64,000 nt of DNA from assembly GCA_964410125.1 (NCBI GenBank), contig CAYPGQ010000009.1, positions 13,192 to 77,191 of the forward strand. The letters run 5' to 3'. This stretch comes from an uncultured Eubacteriales bacterium. Lineage in GTDB: Bacteria > Acidobacteriota > Aminicenantia > Aminicenantales > Aminicenantaceae. The notes under the pieces were generated by a model that saw nothing but the letters and a program-made list of their open reading frames with translations, was not told where the DNA came from and ran no database searches. Of this stretch, positions 1 through 8,128 are shown piece by piece. Position 1 is the stretch's first letter, and the number at the start of each line of letters is the position of its first letter. The position numbers were made by a program, and so were the translations under genes.

Positions 1-1
1 C

Positions 2-637
2 AAGGTGTTGTATTCCGAAGGAAAGGGGACTGTCGGGTTGATCGAATACATTCCCGGCGAATACGCTTGGAGAGGGGTCGAAGCAGAAGGGTACATGGTT
101 ATCCACTGCCTTTGCATCTTTTATAAGCCGTACAGAGAAAAGGGCATTGCAAGCAAGATGATCGATGAGTGCATAAAAGATGCAAAAAAAGAAAAAAAGC
201 ATGGAGTTGCTGTCGTCACACGGAAGGGAGCTTGGATGGTCGGAAAGGACCTATTCGTGAAGAATGGATTTGAAGTTGTGGATAAGGCTGAACCTGATTT
301 TGAGCTTTTGGTGAAAAAATTCAAAAAAGAAACTCCTGCACCAAAATTCAAGGGAAATTGGGATAAAGTTCTGGAAAAATACAAAAAAGGCCTGACCATC
401 CTCTGGTCTGACCAATGTCCGTATATTGCAAAGTCGATCCATGAAATCAGAGAAACGATCAAGGAAAGATATGGGATTAAGGCCAATATTGTCGAGATAA
501 AAGATCACAAACAAGCCCAGAATGCTCCCTCCCCGTATGCGATCTTCAGCCTGATTTATGAGGGGGAACTCCTGGCCTTTCATCCCATCAGCAATAAAAG
601 GTTCATGAACATCATGGACAAAGTTTTGAGGAAATAA
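2..637 (+). CDS. GNAT-family N-acetyltransferase with C-terminal YoaP-like domain (5' end cut by window edge)
   Basis: The frame is open from the window start, and track ORF 5..637 begins at an internal GTG. There is a GNAT core with an acetyl-CoA-loop-like segment (YREKGIASKMI). The C-terminal tail (WSDQCPYIAKS...IYEGELLAFHPIS) is typical of YoaP-like domains. Confidence 0.7.
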   Translation, partial: KVLYSEGKGTVGLIEYIPGEYAWRGVEAEGYMVIHCLCIFYKPYREKGIASKMIDECIKDAKKEKKHGVAVVTRKGAWMVGKDLFVKNGFEVVDKAEPDFELLVKKFKKETPAPKFKGNWDKVLEKYKKGLTILWSDQCPYIAKSIHEIRETIKERYGIKANIVEIKDHKQAQNAPSPYAIFSLIYEGELLAFHPISNKRFMNIMDKVLRK

Positions 638-641
638 CATC

Positions 642-827
642 ATGCTTCCGAAAGTGATCACGCATAACACAATCAGTCTTTTGATCTTGCCCACTCTGGT
701 CGGACGAGAATCCTTGAAGTTGTTCGAAGATTTTAGCCCCAGAGACAAAGAGATAAGACTGAAACTTACAAGAAATGAAGCTTTCGATAACAACCACATT
801 TTGTTAGAATACAAAGTGTTGAAATAG
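642..827 (+). CDS. Possible small hypothetical protein (61 aa)
   Basis: This is only an ORF filling the GNAT/GyrI-like intergenic gap. It has no recognisable motif and no clear Shine-Dalgarno sequence. Confidence 0.15.
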   Translation: MLPKVITHNTISLLILPTLVGRESLKLFEDFSPRDKEIRLKLTRNEAFDNNHILLEYKVLK

Positions 828-843
828 GCAAAAAGGAGGGGCC

Positions 844-1323
844 ATGAGTGATTTAGACGTTCGGATCGTTAAGCTTGAACCGATGCGTGTGGCGAGTGTT
901 AGGGCAGTCAGCGAAAGTCCGGAGGTAGATGCCTGGGGAAAATTGCGAACATGGGCCGAGCCCAAAGGATTTCTCCAGGATGACGAAAATCATCCTATAT
1001 TTGGGTTCAACAATCCCAATCCCCAACCGGGCAGCAAGGAATATGGATACGAGCTCTGGATAAAGGTGGGTTCCGATGTGGGATCCGAGGGAAAGATCGA
1101 GATGAAGGACTATCCTGGCGGATTATTTGCTGTGACTACGTGCAAACTGACCGGAGATCCCAGCGGGTGGAATATCCTCGAGACTTGGAAGGCGCTTTGG
1201 GAATGGGTCAAAGCCAGCAAATACAAATGGCGTCAGGTTCATGAGTTGGAAAAGGTCCACGACCCGATGGCTGCAGAGATGGATATCATCTTAGACCTCT
1301 TTCTTCCCATCGAAGAAGAGTAG
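844..1323 (+). CDS. GyrI-like small-molecule-binding domain protein
   Basis: 159 aa. An AGGAGGGG Shine-Dalgarno sequence lies just upstream. The pattern VRIVKLEPMRVASVR...YELWIKV...GGLFAV matches the GyrI-like/AraC effector-binding fold family. Confidence 0.7.
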   Translation: MSDLDVRIVKLEPMRVASVRAVSESPEVDAWGKLRTWAEPKGFLQDDENHPIFGFNNPNPQPGSKEYGYELWIKVGSDVGSEGKIEMKDYPGGLFAVTTCKLTGDPSGWNILETWKALWEWVKASKYKWRQVHELEKVHDPMAAEMDIILDLFLPIEEE

Positions 1324-1330
1324 CCCCTGC

Positions 1331-2077
1331 TCAAAATTTTGCGGATAGGCCGGCGATAAACAAAACATCATTTTTCTTGATGGCCTCGCCGACCGGTTTG
1401 CTGTCATATTTATCCATCAGTGTCAGTTTGACCGACAATCCTTTGGTTATGGCTGAGGCCAAACTTATCTCGAATTGCAAAAAGATATGGTCCAATTTTG
1501 ATATGTTCGTATTGAGACTGAGCGATTGAGATATTTCCGCGGTCGGGCTGACTTGCCAAGTGAATTCATTCCCCAATGAAATACCGGTATAACTGTCTGT
1601 TTCTCCGGACTCGTGGTATTTTGTGAACACCTGGGATAGCCCGGAGCTGGCAGATAGAAGGGCATTTTCCAATGTGAGGATTTTATAGCCCAATCCCAAA
1701 CTGGGGAGGATCCTGTAACTGAAGTTTTTAAATCGGTCTCTGAGCCCCTGAATGCCATAATAGGAAAAAAATCTTTCTGAATGTTTCCATTGGATATAAG
1801 TTTCCAGCCCCATAGATTCGGCATTGGAGATATCCTTTTCTTTGTTAAGAAGAAAAAAAGCTTTATTCGTGCTGTCGATAGACTTGGACACTGGGCCTTT
1901 TGCAGAAAAAGTTAAAGATATATTTGTTGTGTCGGTATTCCCGCGAGCCAAAGCCAATCCAACTGCGGCATCTCCACCCCAATTATTCTCTTCATTTTCC
2001 TTGTCTTGGGCAAGTGCCCCTGTCACCAAGCATAGGCACAAAGCTGTAATAAGCCAATTGTATTTGAGAAGTTTCAT
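1331..2077 (-). CDS. DUF481-family outer-membrane beta-barrel protein (YdiY-like)
   Basis: Signal peptide (LITALCLCLVTGALAQ). It has alternating beta-strand sequence, the segment GNTDTTNISLTFSAK and a terminal aromatic residue (LSAKF), all typical of DUF481. Confidence 0.65.
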   Translation of the reverse strand: MKLLKYNWLITALCLCLVTGALAQDKENEENNWGGDAAVGLALARGNTDTTNISLTFSAKGPVSKSIDSTNKAFFLLNKEKDISNAESMGLETYIQWKHSERFFSYYGIQGLRDRFKNFSYRILPSLGLGYKILTLENALLSASSGLSQVFTKYHESGETDSYTGISLGNEFTWQVSPTAEISQSLSLNTNISKLDHIFLQFEISLASAITKGLSVKLTLMDKYDSKPVGEAIKKNDVLFIAGLSAKF

Positions 2078-2091
2078 AAGTTATCCTCCAC

Positions 2092-2313
2092 TTAATGAGT
2101 CCGTTTGTTTTCATTCCTTGATTTGCGCAACAGGGATGGATAGGATATTAAGGATTGGGGCCTGCGAGAACGATAGGCAGCCAACAGACTCAGAAGAAAG
2201 CTGATAAAAAGAAAACCAATGATCACAAGAATACGGGACATGCTGATCGTCCAGAGAAAAAAATGAAAGGTGACCATTTCCGTAGTCTGGAATGCGATAT
2301 TGAGGACAAGCAC
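2092..2313 (-). CDS. Possible small membrane protein (start uncertain)
   Basis: The ORF lies between two OMP genes on the same strand. It has one clear hydrophobic helix (ILVIIGFLFISFLLSLLAAY) followed by basic residues. There is no Shine-Dalgarno sequence and no known family. Confidence 0.25.
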   Translation of the reverse strand: MLVLNIAFQTTEMVTFHFFLWTISMSRILVIIGFLFISFLLSLLAAYRSRRPQSLISYPSLLRKSRNENKRTH

Positions 2314-2316
2314 TGA

Positions 2317-2931
2317 TTAATAAAAATAATTCAGCCCGATCAGGATACTGAAAGAGCTCAGGTTGACGCGGAATGTGGTTGAAGGTGAATTATCGAGGTA
2401 GATCGTTTCAGCATCAGCCGTCCCTCTGAGATAGAGGCCTTCGAAGAACAAGGATAACCTGTTGTTGAGCTTGATCGTGCTCCCGACTCCTCCATAAAAT
2501 CCCAAGCCGTTTTTTATTTCTTGTCTTCGGACGTTTGCTTCCTCCAAATCTCCCCGCTCGCTCAGACGAAAGGTGCTGAAAAACAGGCCTCCTCCGGCGA
2601 AAACATAGGGTGAGAAAGTTTCACTCACAGATATGTTGTAATGGACAGAGGCAACAAGGGGAGTCACGGTAAGTGTGCCATCCAGAAATTTGCCTTCTTC
2701 TTTATCGACGCTAAGCCGGTTGTACTTCCACTCGAGAGAAACAGATATGTTGGGATTGAGATAAATTACTCCGCCTATGCCGGATCCGTATCCTGTGTTT
2801 ATGTTTTTTTGGCTGGGGAAAAAACCTGCCGCGTTTATAAAAAAGCTGAGCCGGCGAAACTGGGCAAAACCGGTTGTGGCTAGAGCCATTAGCAATAATG
2901 GAATAACAATCAGTTTGAAAAATCTGGGCAT
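2317..2931 (-). CDS. Outer-membrane beta-barrel protein (OmpW/porin-like small barrel)
   Basis: Signal peptide ending TTGFAQ, amphipathic beta-strands, and the C-terminal GLNYFY aromatic signature. Confidence 0.6.
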   Translation of the reverse strand: MPRFFKLIVIPLLLMALATTGFAQFRRLSFFINAAGFFPSQKNINTGYGSGIGGVIYLNPNISVSLEWKYNRLSVDKEEGKFLDGTLTVTPLVASVHYNISVSETFSPYVFAGGGLFFSTFRLSERGDLEEANVRRQEIKNGLGFYGGVGSTIKLNNRLSLFFEGLYLRGTADAETIYLDNSPSTTFRVNLSSFSILIGLNYFY

Positions 2932-3011
2932 GCCAGCCTCCTAAAGATAAAAATCCGTATATATGCTAAGAAACGTGTCAATTGTTCCACTTTTTTAAAT
3001 TCATGATCATT

Positions 3012-4955
3012 TTACACGGATTCCAGGAGTTCTTCGAGCCGGAGGCGGTGGGATTCCCAGGATTTATACAACCCCTCGATCCGTTTCTTGAGCTCGGCAT
3101 AATCATTGTTCAACTGGGCAATGTCTGTCCTATCCCGATAAGTTTCAGGATTAGCCAATTTCGTCTCCGTTTCTCTGAGTTGGAATTCGGACATCTCAAT
3201 ATCCTTTTCGAGTCTTTTTATCATTTTCTGTAGGTAATTCCGTTCATGGCTTACTTCTTGACGAGCTTCAGCCTCCTGGCGCTTTTGCTCTCTGGTCTTC
3301 CGGCTTGTGGCACCGCGCTCCTGTGGTTCCTCCTCTTCGATTTTTTGTTCGGTCGCGTCCGGTTCCTGTTCCCGCTTCCAAAGATAATAGGAATAATTGC
3401 CGTAGTATTCGTCCAGACGTCCATTCTTGAGCTCGATGACCCGGCCCACCAGTTTATCCAGGAAGTAGCGATCATGGGAAATGAGAAGCAAAGTGCCATC
3501 GTAATTGCCCAGAGCATCCTCCAGTGCTTCCCGGGCGGTGATGTCTAGGTGGGTGGTGGGTTCGTCCATAATCAATAAATTGACAGGCGAAAGCAATATT
3601 TTTGCCAGTGATACGCGCGCCTTTTCCCCGCCTGACAGGACCTTGATCTTTTTGTCAATCTCGTCGTCACCGAACTGAAAGATCCCCAGTGCTTGACGGA
3701 TTTTGGTAATGAGCCCTGTGACAGCAGTGGAAGCCACTTCGTCGAAGATCGTGTTTTCCGGATGCAGGGCCTGGATTTGGTGCTGGGCGTAAAAGCCGAC
3801 CTGCACCTTTTTTCCCAGCCGCAAGGTCCCTTGCTGCGGTTCAATCTCTCCTGCGACAAGTCGAGTCAACGTGGTTTTTCCTGCTCCGTTGATCCCGACC
3901 AGAGCGATCTTATCCCCTCGCGAGATGTGAAGGTCGATGTTCTTCAACACCCAATCCTGTTGGTAGCGGAAACTCATGTTTTCGGTGAACAGTACATCTT
4001 TATAGCCGGGTGTTTCGACCTGGAGGCTGAAATTCAGGTTTCTGAGTGCCGGGGGAAGTTCGATCGCTTCCATCTTTTCCAGCATTTTGATCCGGCTTTG
4101 AACCTGGGAAGCCCTTCTTTTATCGCTCCGGTACTTGTTGATGAAGCGAGTAATACGCTCCTTCTCTACTGCCTGCTCATCGCGTCGTTTCTGCAAGAGC
4201 CGAAGTTTCTCCTGCTTCTGCTCCTCGAAGAAGTGATAATTCCCTCGGTAACGGGTGAGTTCTCCCCGGTCGAGCTCGTAGATCTCATGGGCCAGCCGGT
4301 CGATGAAAAACCGGTCATGGGAGACGATGACGATGCTGCCCTTGTAATTCAGGAGATAATGCTCCAGCCATTCCATCGAGGGAATATCCAGGTGGTTGGT
4401 GGGCTCATCCAGGAGGAGCAAGTCGGGATTTTGGAGAAGGAGCTGGGCAAGGTAAACTCGCATACACCATCCTCCGCTCAATTCGGCGAAGTCCGCATGG
4501 AATAGCTTCTCTTTGAAACCTAGGCCGGAAAGAATTTTTTTAGCTTCACCTTCAATGGTGTAGCCCCTCAGATCCTGATAATGCTGTTCCAGGGGACCCA
4601 GTCTTTTCAGCAAGCCTTTGTCCTCAGGGTCGGTTTCTAGGGCGGTGTGAAGGGCGTGGATCTTGTGCTCCAGCTCTCGGATCTCCGGAATTCCTGCCAG
4701 GGCGTTTTCCAGGACGCTCCCTTGGCCTACCACGATTTCTTCCTGGGGGAGGTAGCCGATGGTGTAGTTACGCGGTTTGGTAATGGTCCCTGAATGGGAG
4801 TCGATATCTCCGGTCAGGATGCGCAGAAGGGTGGTCTTGCCAGACCCGTTGGGCCCGATCAACGCGAAACGCTTCTCAGGTTGAAGATTCCAGCTTACAG
4901 AGGACAGGAGGTCCCGGTCCCCGATGGAGTAATGGAGGTTACGAACTTGAAGCAT
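3012..4955 (-). CDS. ABC-F family ATPase (Uup/YheS-like, no transmembrane domain)
   Basis: Two Walker A motifs (GPNGSGKTT, GINGAGKTT), two ABC signatures (LSGGWCMR, LSGGEKAR) and two Walker B motifs (LLLLDEPTNHLD, LLIMDEPTTHLD). There is an inter-domain linker and a charged coiled-coil C-terminus. Confidence 0.9.
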   Translation of the reverse strand: MLQVRNLHYSIGDRDLLSSVSWNLQPEKRFALIGPNGSGKTTLLRILTGDIDSHSGTITKPRNYTIGYLPQEEIVVGQGSVLENALAGIPEIRELEHKIHALHTALETDPEDKGLLKRLGPLEQHYQDLRGYTIEGEAKKILSGLGFKEKLFHADFAELSGGWCMRVYLAQLLLQNPDLLLLDEPTNHLDIPSMEWLEHYLLNYKGSIVIVSHDRFFIDRLAHEIYELDRGELTRYRGNYHFFEEQKQEKLRLLQKRRDEQAVEKERITRFINKYRSDKRRASQVQSRIKMLEKMEAIELPPALRNLNFSLQVETPGYKDVLFTENMSFRYQQDWVLKNIDLHISRGDKIALVGINGAGKTTLTRLVAGEIEPQQGTLRLGKKVQVGFYAQHQIQALHPENTIFDEVASTAVTGLITKIRQALGIFQFGDDEIDKKIKVLSGGEKARVSLAKILLSPVNLLIMDEPTTHLDITAREALEDALGNYDGTLLLISHDRYFLDKLVGRVIELKNGRLDEYYGNYSYYLWKREQEPDATEQKIEEEEPQERGATSRKTREQKRQEAEARQEVSHERNYLQKMIKRLEKDIEMSEFQLRETETKLANPETYRDRTDIAQLNNDYAELKKRIEGLYKSWESHRLRLEELLESV

Positions 4956-5054
4956 AATCTGTCCTCAATGGACAATCATAATACCATATTTTCTGCTAGA
5001 TCCAATTCTCAATCCCATTCTTTTATTGTCATCAGTCTAATGCTTTTGGTAGAA

Positions 5055-5072
5055 CATCACAATTTTGTGATG
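5055..5072. promoter_or_regulatory. Perfect 8-bp inverted repeat CATCACAA-TT-TTGTGATG
   Basis: Read directly from the sequence. It lies ~100 nt upstream of the ABC-F start (4955) and 7 nt beyond the stop of the repeat-protein gene. It is either an operator or a weak terminator hairpin. Confidence 0.35.
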
Positions 5073-5078
5073 CTGGTA

Positions 5079-6275
5079 TCAAAAAGCCTCAAGGCCGACA
5101 AAGAATAGCGGGCGGAATTTACCGTCGTTAAAGGATTGATGACAGTCTGCGATATAGCTTAACCCTGCGCCTCCGATCAAAGAAACACTTGAGGAGATGT
5201 TATAGCTCACGTGAGCCCGTCCAATCAGGATGTGCTGGTTGGGTGCTTCGGGGCTGCTTTTAAAGATTTTTTTGTTATCCATGTACATGTATCCCACATC
5301 GACTCCGATCGCTACGTCTTCCTGGTACACAGTTATCCCGTAGTAGCCTGCGTACGAAAGGGCAGACCCTTTGTCTTTCTGGAAGTTCCCGTACCCGAGC
5401 GCAACGATCGAATAAATCTTCCCCACTTCGAATTTTACACCGGAGTTTAAGCCGCTGAGGTTGCTGCCCCAGTTGACCCATCTTATGGTTCCATCCTTTT
5501 TCGAAACGTTGACCAATCCGACGGGAATGCCGTGTGTCTCACCATTCCAATTGACTACTCCCAGTTGAAATCCCCGCATTTCGGCCGATATGTTGATTAT
5601 TCCGATTTGGGCAGCATTGGCAAAGTAAGGGGCAATGTTGAAAGTGCCGATTTGGGCTCCGGTCAGATTATCTCCGACAATGTTAAAAAGACCCGATGCC
5701 TGCAATCCTTTGAAGTTCTCGCCCACGATATTGAACAGGCCTGCTGCCTGAAAGCCCACACAACTCTCCCCGACGATATTGAATCCTCCCGTGGCTTGAA
5801 ATCCCTTGAGTCTTTCCCCGACAATGTTGAATAATCCGGAAGCCTGGAATCCTTTCCCTGTTTCTCCTGCGATGTTTATAAGGCCGGATACTTGGGCTCC
5901 TTTGAGAGAGTCTCCGGTGATGCTAACTAAACCGCTGACCTGGACGCCTGATGTAGAATCGCCAGAAATACCGGAAAGCCCTGTGATTTGAAGCCCTTTC
6001 AGTTCATCGGTTAGGGCTGAGGCGCCGATCGCTAGATCCAGGCCTTTGACTGTTCCGATTCGTCCGTACAGAAGCGAGAAATTTAAGTTTGCCGAATCGT
6101 GTTTTGTGCGGTTGATAGAGACTGGATACCAGAGAGACAGATTGACAGGATAATGCCGGGGAGAAAAGGATGGCTTTTCTATCTCTTCTTGAGCGGATAG
6201 CTGAAGGCTCGAAACACACAAGAGAGTCAAAGATAGGATAGCTATAATGGTGATGTCCTGTAAACGATGCATCAT
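5079..6275 (-). CDS. Exported surface/outer-membrane protein with tandem 16-residue Gly-Gln-Asn repeats
   Basis: Signal peptide. Seven consecutive units follow G-[FLVA]-Q-[AVI]-[ST]-G-L-[FIV]-[NS]-I-[VAT]-G-[ED]-x-x-[KT], flanked by degenerate units. The C-terminal half is beta-rich and ends in GLEAF. Confidence 0.75.
   Translation of the reverse strand: MMHRLQDITIIAILSLTLLCVSSLQLSAQEEIEKPSFSPRHYPVNLSLWYPVSINRTKHDSANLNFSLLYGRIGTVKGLDLAIGASALTDELKGLQITGLSGISGDSTSGVQVSGLVSITGDSLKGAQVSGLINIAGETGKGFQASGLFNIVGERLKGFQATGGFNIVGESCVGFQAAGLFNIVGENFKGLQASGLFNIVGDNLTGAQIGTFNIAPYFANAAQIGIINISAEMRGFQLGVVNWNGETHGIPVGLVNVSKKDGTIRWVNWGSNLSGLNSGVKFEVGKIYSIVALGYGNFQKDKGSALSYAGYYGITVYQEDVAIGVDVGYMYMDNKKIFKSSPEAPNQHILIGRAHVSYNISSSVSLIGGAGLSYIADCHQSFNDGKFRPLFFVGLEAF
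5661..5996 (-). repeat. Intragenic tandem repeat, 7 x 48 nt (16-aa units), inside CDS 5079..6275
   Basis: Residues 94-205 of the protein form seven head-to-tail 16-aa units. The DNA shows the matching recurring strings (for example ccccgacgatattgaa / ccccgacaatgttgaa). Confidence 0.85.
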
Positions 6276-6360
6276 ATTCTCCTTGTTTGCAATCTTAAAT
6301 GTGCACCTCTAGTGTCTTGTTTTCATTTTTTTATACGATATTTTGGAGTAAAAGGTTCCT

Positions 6361-8055
6361 TTATTTCCCCGGACCGTACAGGACTTTTCCAGGAAGCTTT
6401 TCTGTGTGTCTGTCGTGATCGATGACGGTCGTGCCGTTTACGAGGACATAGTCTATGCCGACCGGATATTGATGAGGTTCGATAAAAGTGGCCTTATCCG
6501 CGATGGTTTTAGGATCAAAAACCACGATGTCTGCAAAATTCCCTTGTTTGAGAGATCCTCGATCATTAAGGCCCAACTTGGCTGCCGATTTGGATGTAAC
6601 TTTTTTTATGGCTTCAGGAAGGGCTAATAGCTTTTTCTCCCGCACATAATAGCCGAGAAAGCGGGGGAAAGCGCCGTAATTTCGAGGATGGGGCTTGCCT
6701 TCGCTCAGAGGACCGTAAGGAGCAAGGGAGGATCCGTCCGATCCCAGCATCACCAGGGGATGCTTGAGGACCATTTCTGTGGTTTCCTCATTCATGCCAA
6801 AGCCTATATGTGAAACATTCGATTCTTCATCTATGATCAAATCGCACATAAACTCATACGGATCGATATTTTTTGTGGCTGCGGCTTCTCCGATGCTTTT
6901 TCCGATCAACCATTGGTTGTGTTTTTTATGAAGATTGGAAACCACAATCTTGTCCCATCCGTAGCCTCTGACCTTTTTCAGTGTGTCGGCCTTCATGGAT
7001 TGTCTGGTTTTTTCATCCTTGAGCCTGATGATGAGCTGCTCCAGGCCGCCATCCAAGGCCCATTGGGGATAGAGGATGGTCAATCCTGTGCTGTAGGCGA
7101 TGTAGGGGTAACGGTCGGCTGTGACATTCAATCCTCTCTCCGCGGCCCGTTCTACCAGGTCGATCATCTTGGGCAGTTTCCACCAGTTTGTTTTTCCCAC
7201 GGCCTTGAAATGGGCTATTTGCAGGGGGAGGCCTGCCGTTTCTGCGATATGGATGGCTTCACCCACAGCCTCAAGGACAGCGTTGTCCTCGCTCCGGATG
7301 TGGGTGGCATAAAATCCTCCATAGTTGGCAACGATTTTGCAAAGTTCGATAAGTTCTTGTGTTTCGGCAAAACCGCTCGGCGTATACTCCAGCCCAGTCG
7401 ACAATCCGAAGGCTCCCTGTTCCATGGCCTCTGCCACGAGCTTTTTCATCTGATCCATTTCTTCTGCTGTTGGTTCACGCTGGTCATCTCCCATCACAAA
7501 GCCGCGGACCGTGCCTTGGCCAATCAGAGTTGCGTGGTTCACTGCTGTCCCTTTACTTTCTATCGCTTGATGAAATCCTTTCAAGTCTGTCCAATCGATC
7601 GAAATGTTGGCCTCCTCGGCCAAACGCTTTTCATAATCCGAAAGAGGGTATTTCATCGGGAACGGCGAAGACCCGCAATTCCCGCCCAATTCAGTTGTTA
7701 CTCCCTGTCTTATTTTGCTTTCGGCCTTACGGTTGATCAGGATTTCGATATCTGTGTGCGTGTGGATGTCGATAAACCCGGGCGATACAACCCGGTTTGT
7801 CGCGTCGATGACTGTTTTTCCCGTGGCATTTTGGAGGTTCCCGATTTGTTTGATATGTTCTCCGATAATTCCGATATCGCCCTTGTATGGTTCATTGCTT
7901 ATTCCATCTACCAGTGTCCCGTTTTTGATCACCAGGTCATAGATTTCGTTTGTTCCGCTTTTCAAAAGACCGGATCCAGCAAAGCTCATGAACAGCCCTG
8001 CCTTTGCCGATGATTTAATAAATTCCCGCCGACTGATCTGTTTTTTCATGACCAT
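6361..8055 (-). CDS. N-acyl-D-amino-acid deacylase (D-aminoacylase) family amidohydrolase, Tat-exported
   Basis: Twin-arginine signal (ISRREFIKSSAKAG). It has the amidohydrolase metal motif DIHTHTD and family-typical blocks (GVTTELGGNCG, YATHIRSE, LGSDG). The start may instead be the ATG at 8049, which has better AGGAG spacing. Confidence 0.85.
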   Translation of the reverse strand: MVMKKQISRREFIKSSAKAGLFMSFAGSGLLKSGTNEIYDLVIKNGTLVDGISNEPYKGDIGIIGEHIKQIGNLQNATGKTVIDATNRVVSPGFIDIHTHTDIEILINRKAESKIRQGVTTELGGNCGSSPFPMKYPLSDYEKRLAEEANISIDWTDLKGFHQAIESKGTAVNHATLIGQGTVRGFVMGDDQREPTAEEMDQMKKLVAEAMEQGAFGLSTGLEYTPSGFAETQELIELCKIVANYGGFYATHIRSEDNAVLEAVGEAIHIAETAGLPLQIAHFKAVGKTNWWKLPKMIDLVERAAERGLNVTADRYPYIAYSTGLTILYPQWALDGGLEQLIIRLKDEKTRQSMKADTLKKVRGYGWDKIVVSNLHKKHNQWLIGKSIGEAAATKNIDPYEFMCDLIIDEESNVSHIGFGMNEETTEMVLKHPLVMLGSDGSSLAPYGPLSEGKPHPRNYGAFPRFLGYYVREKKLLALPEAIKKVTSKSAAKLGLNDRGSLKQGNFADIVVFDPKTIADKATFIEPHQYPVGIDYVLVNGTTVIDHDRHTEKLPGKVLYGPGK

Positions 8056-8097
8056 CTCCTGGGCAATATCATACCCTTTTTTCTATTTTTAATAAAT

Positions 8098-8128
8098 GGG
8101 GACGTCCCCAAGAGTCGTCCCCAAGAGT
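8098..8128 (-). terminator. GC palindrome GGGGACGTCCCC plus tandem 13-bp duplication (CGTCCCCAAGAGT x2) abutting the stop of CDS 8128..10323
   Basis: Read directly. On the minus strand the G4/C4 arms can form alternative hairpins followed by ATTTATT. This is the only terminator-like structure in the long minus-strand gene run. Confidence 0.4.

Noticed and set aside
6913-8013. A 366-aa plus-strand ORF lies inside the D-aminoacylase gene. Similar long antisense ORFs include 3693..4505, 15925..16683, 17856..18623, 40192..40800 region, 43041..43763 and 44424..44993.
   Set aside because: These are shadow ORFs opposite well-supported genes. They have low-complexity or Arg/Ser/Pro/Leu-biased translations, no motifs and no Shine-Dalgarno sequences.
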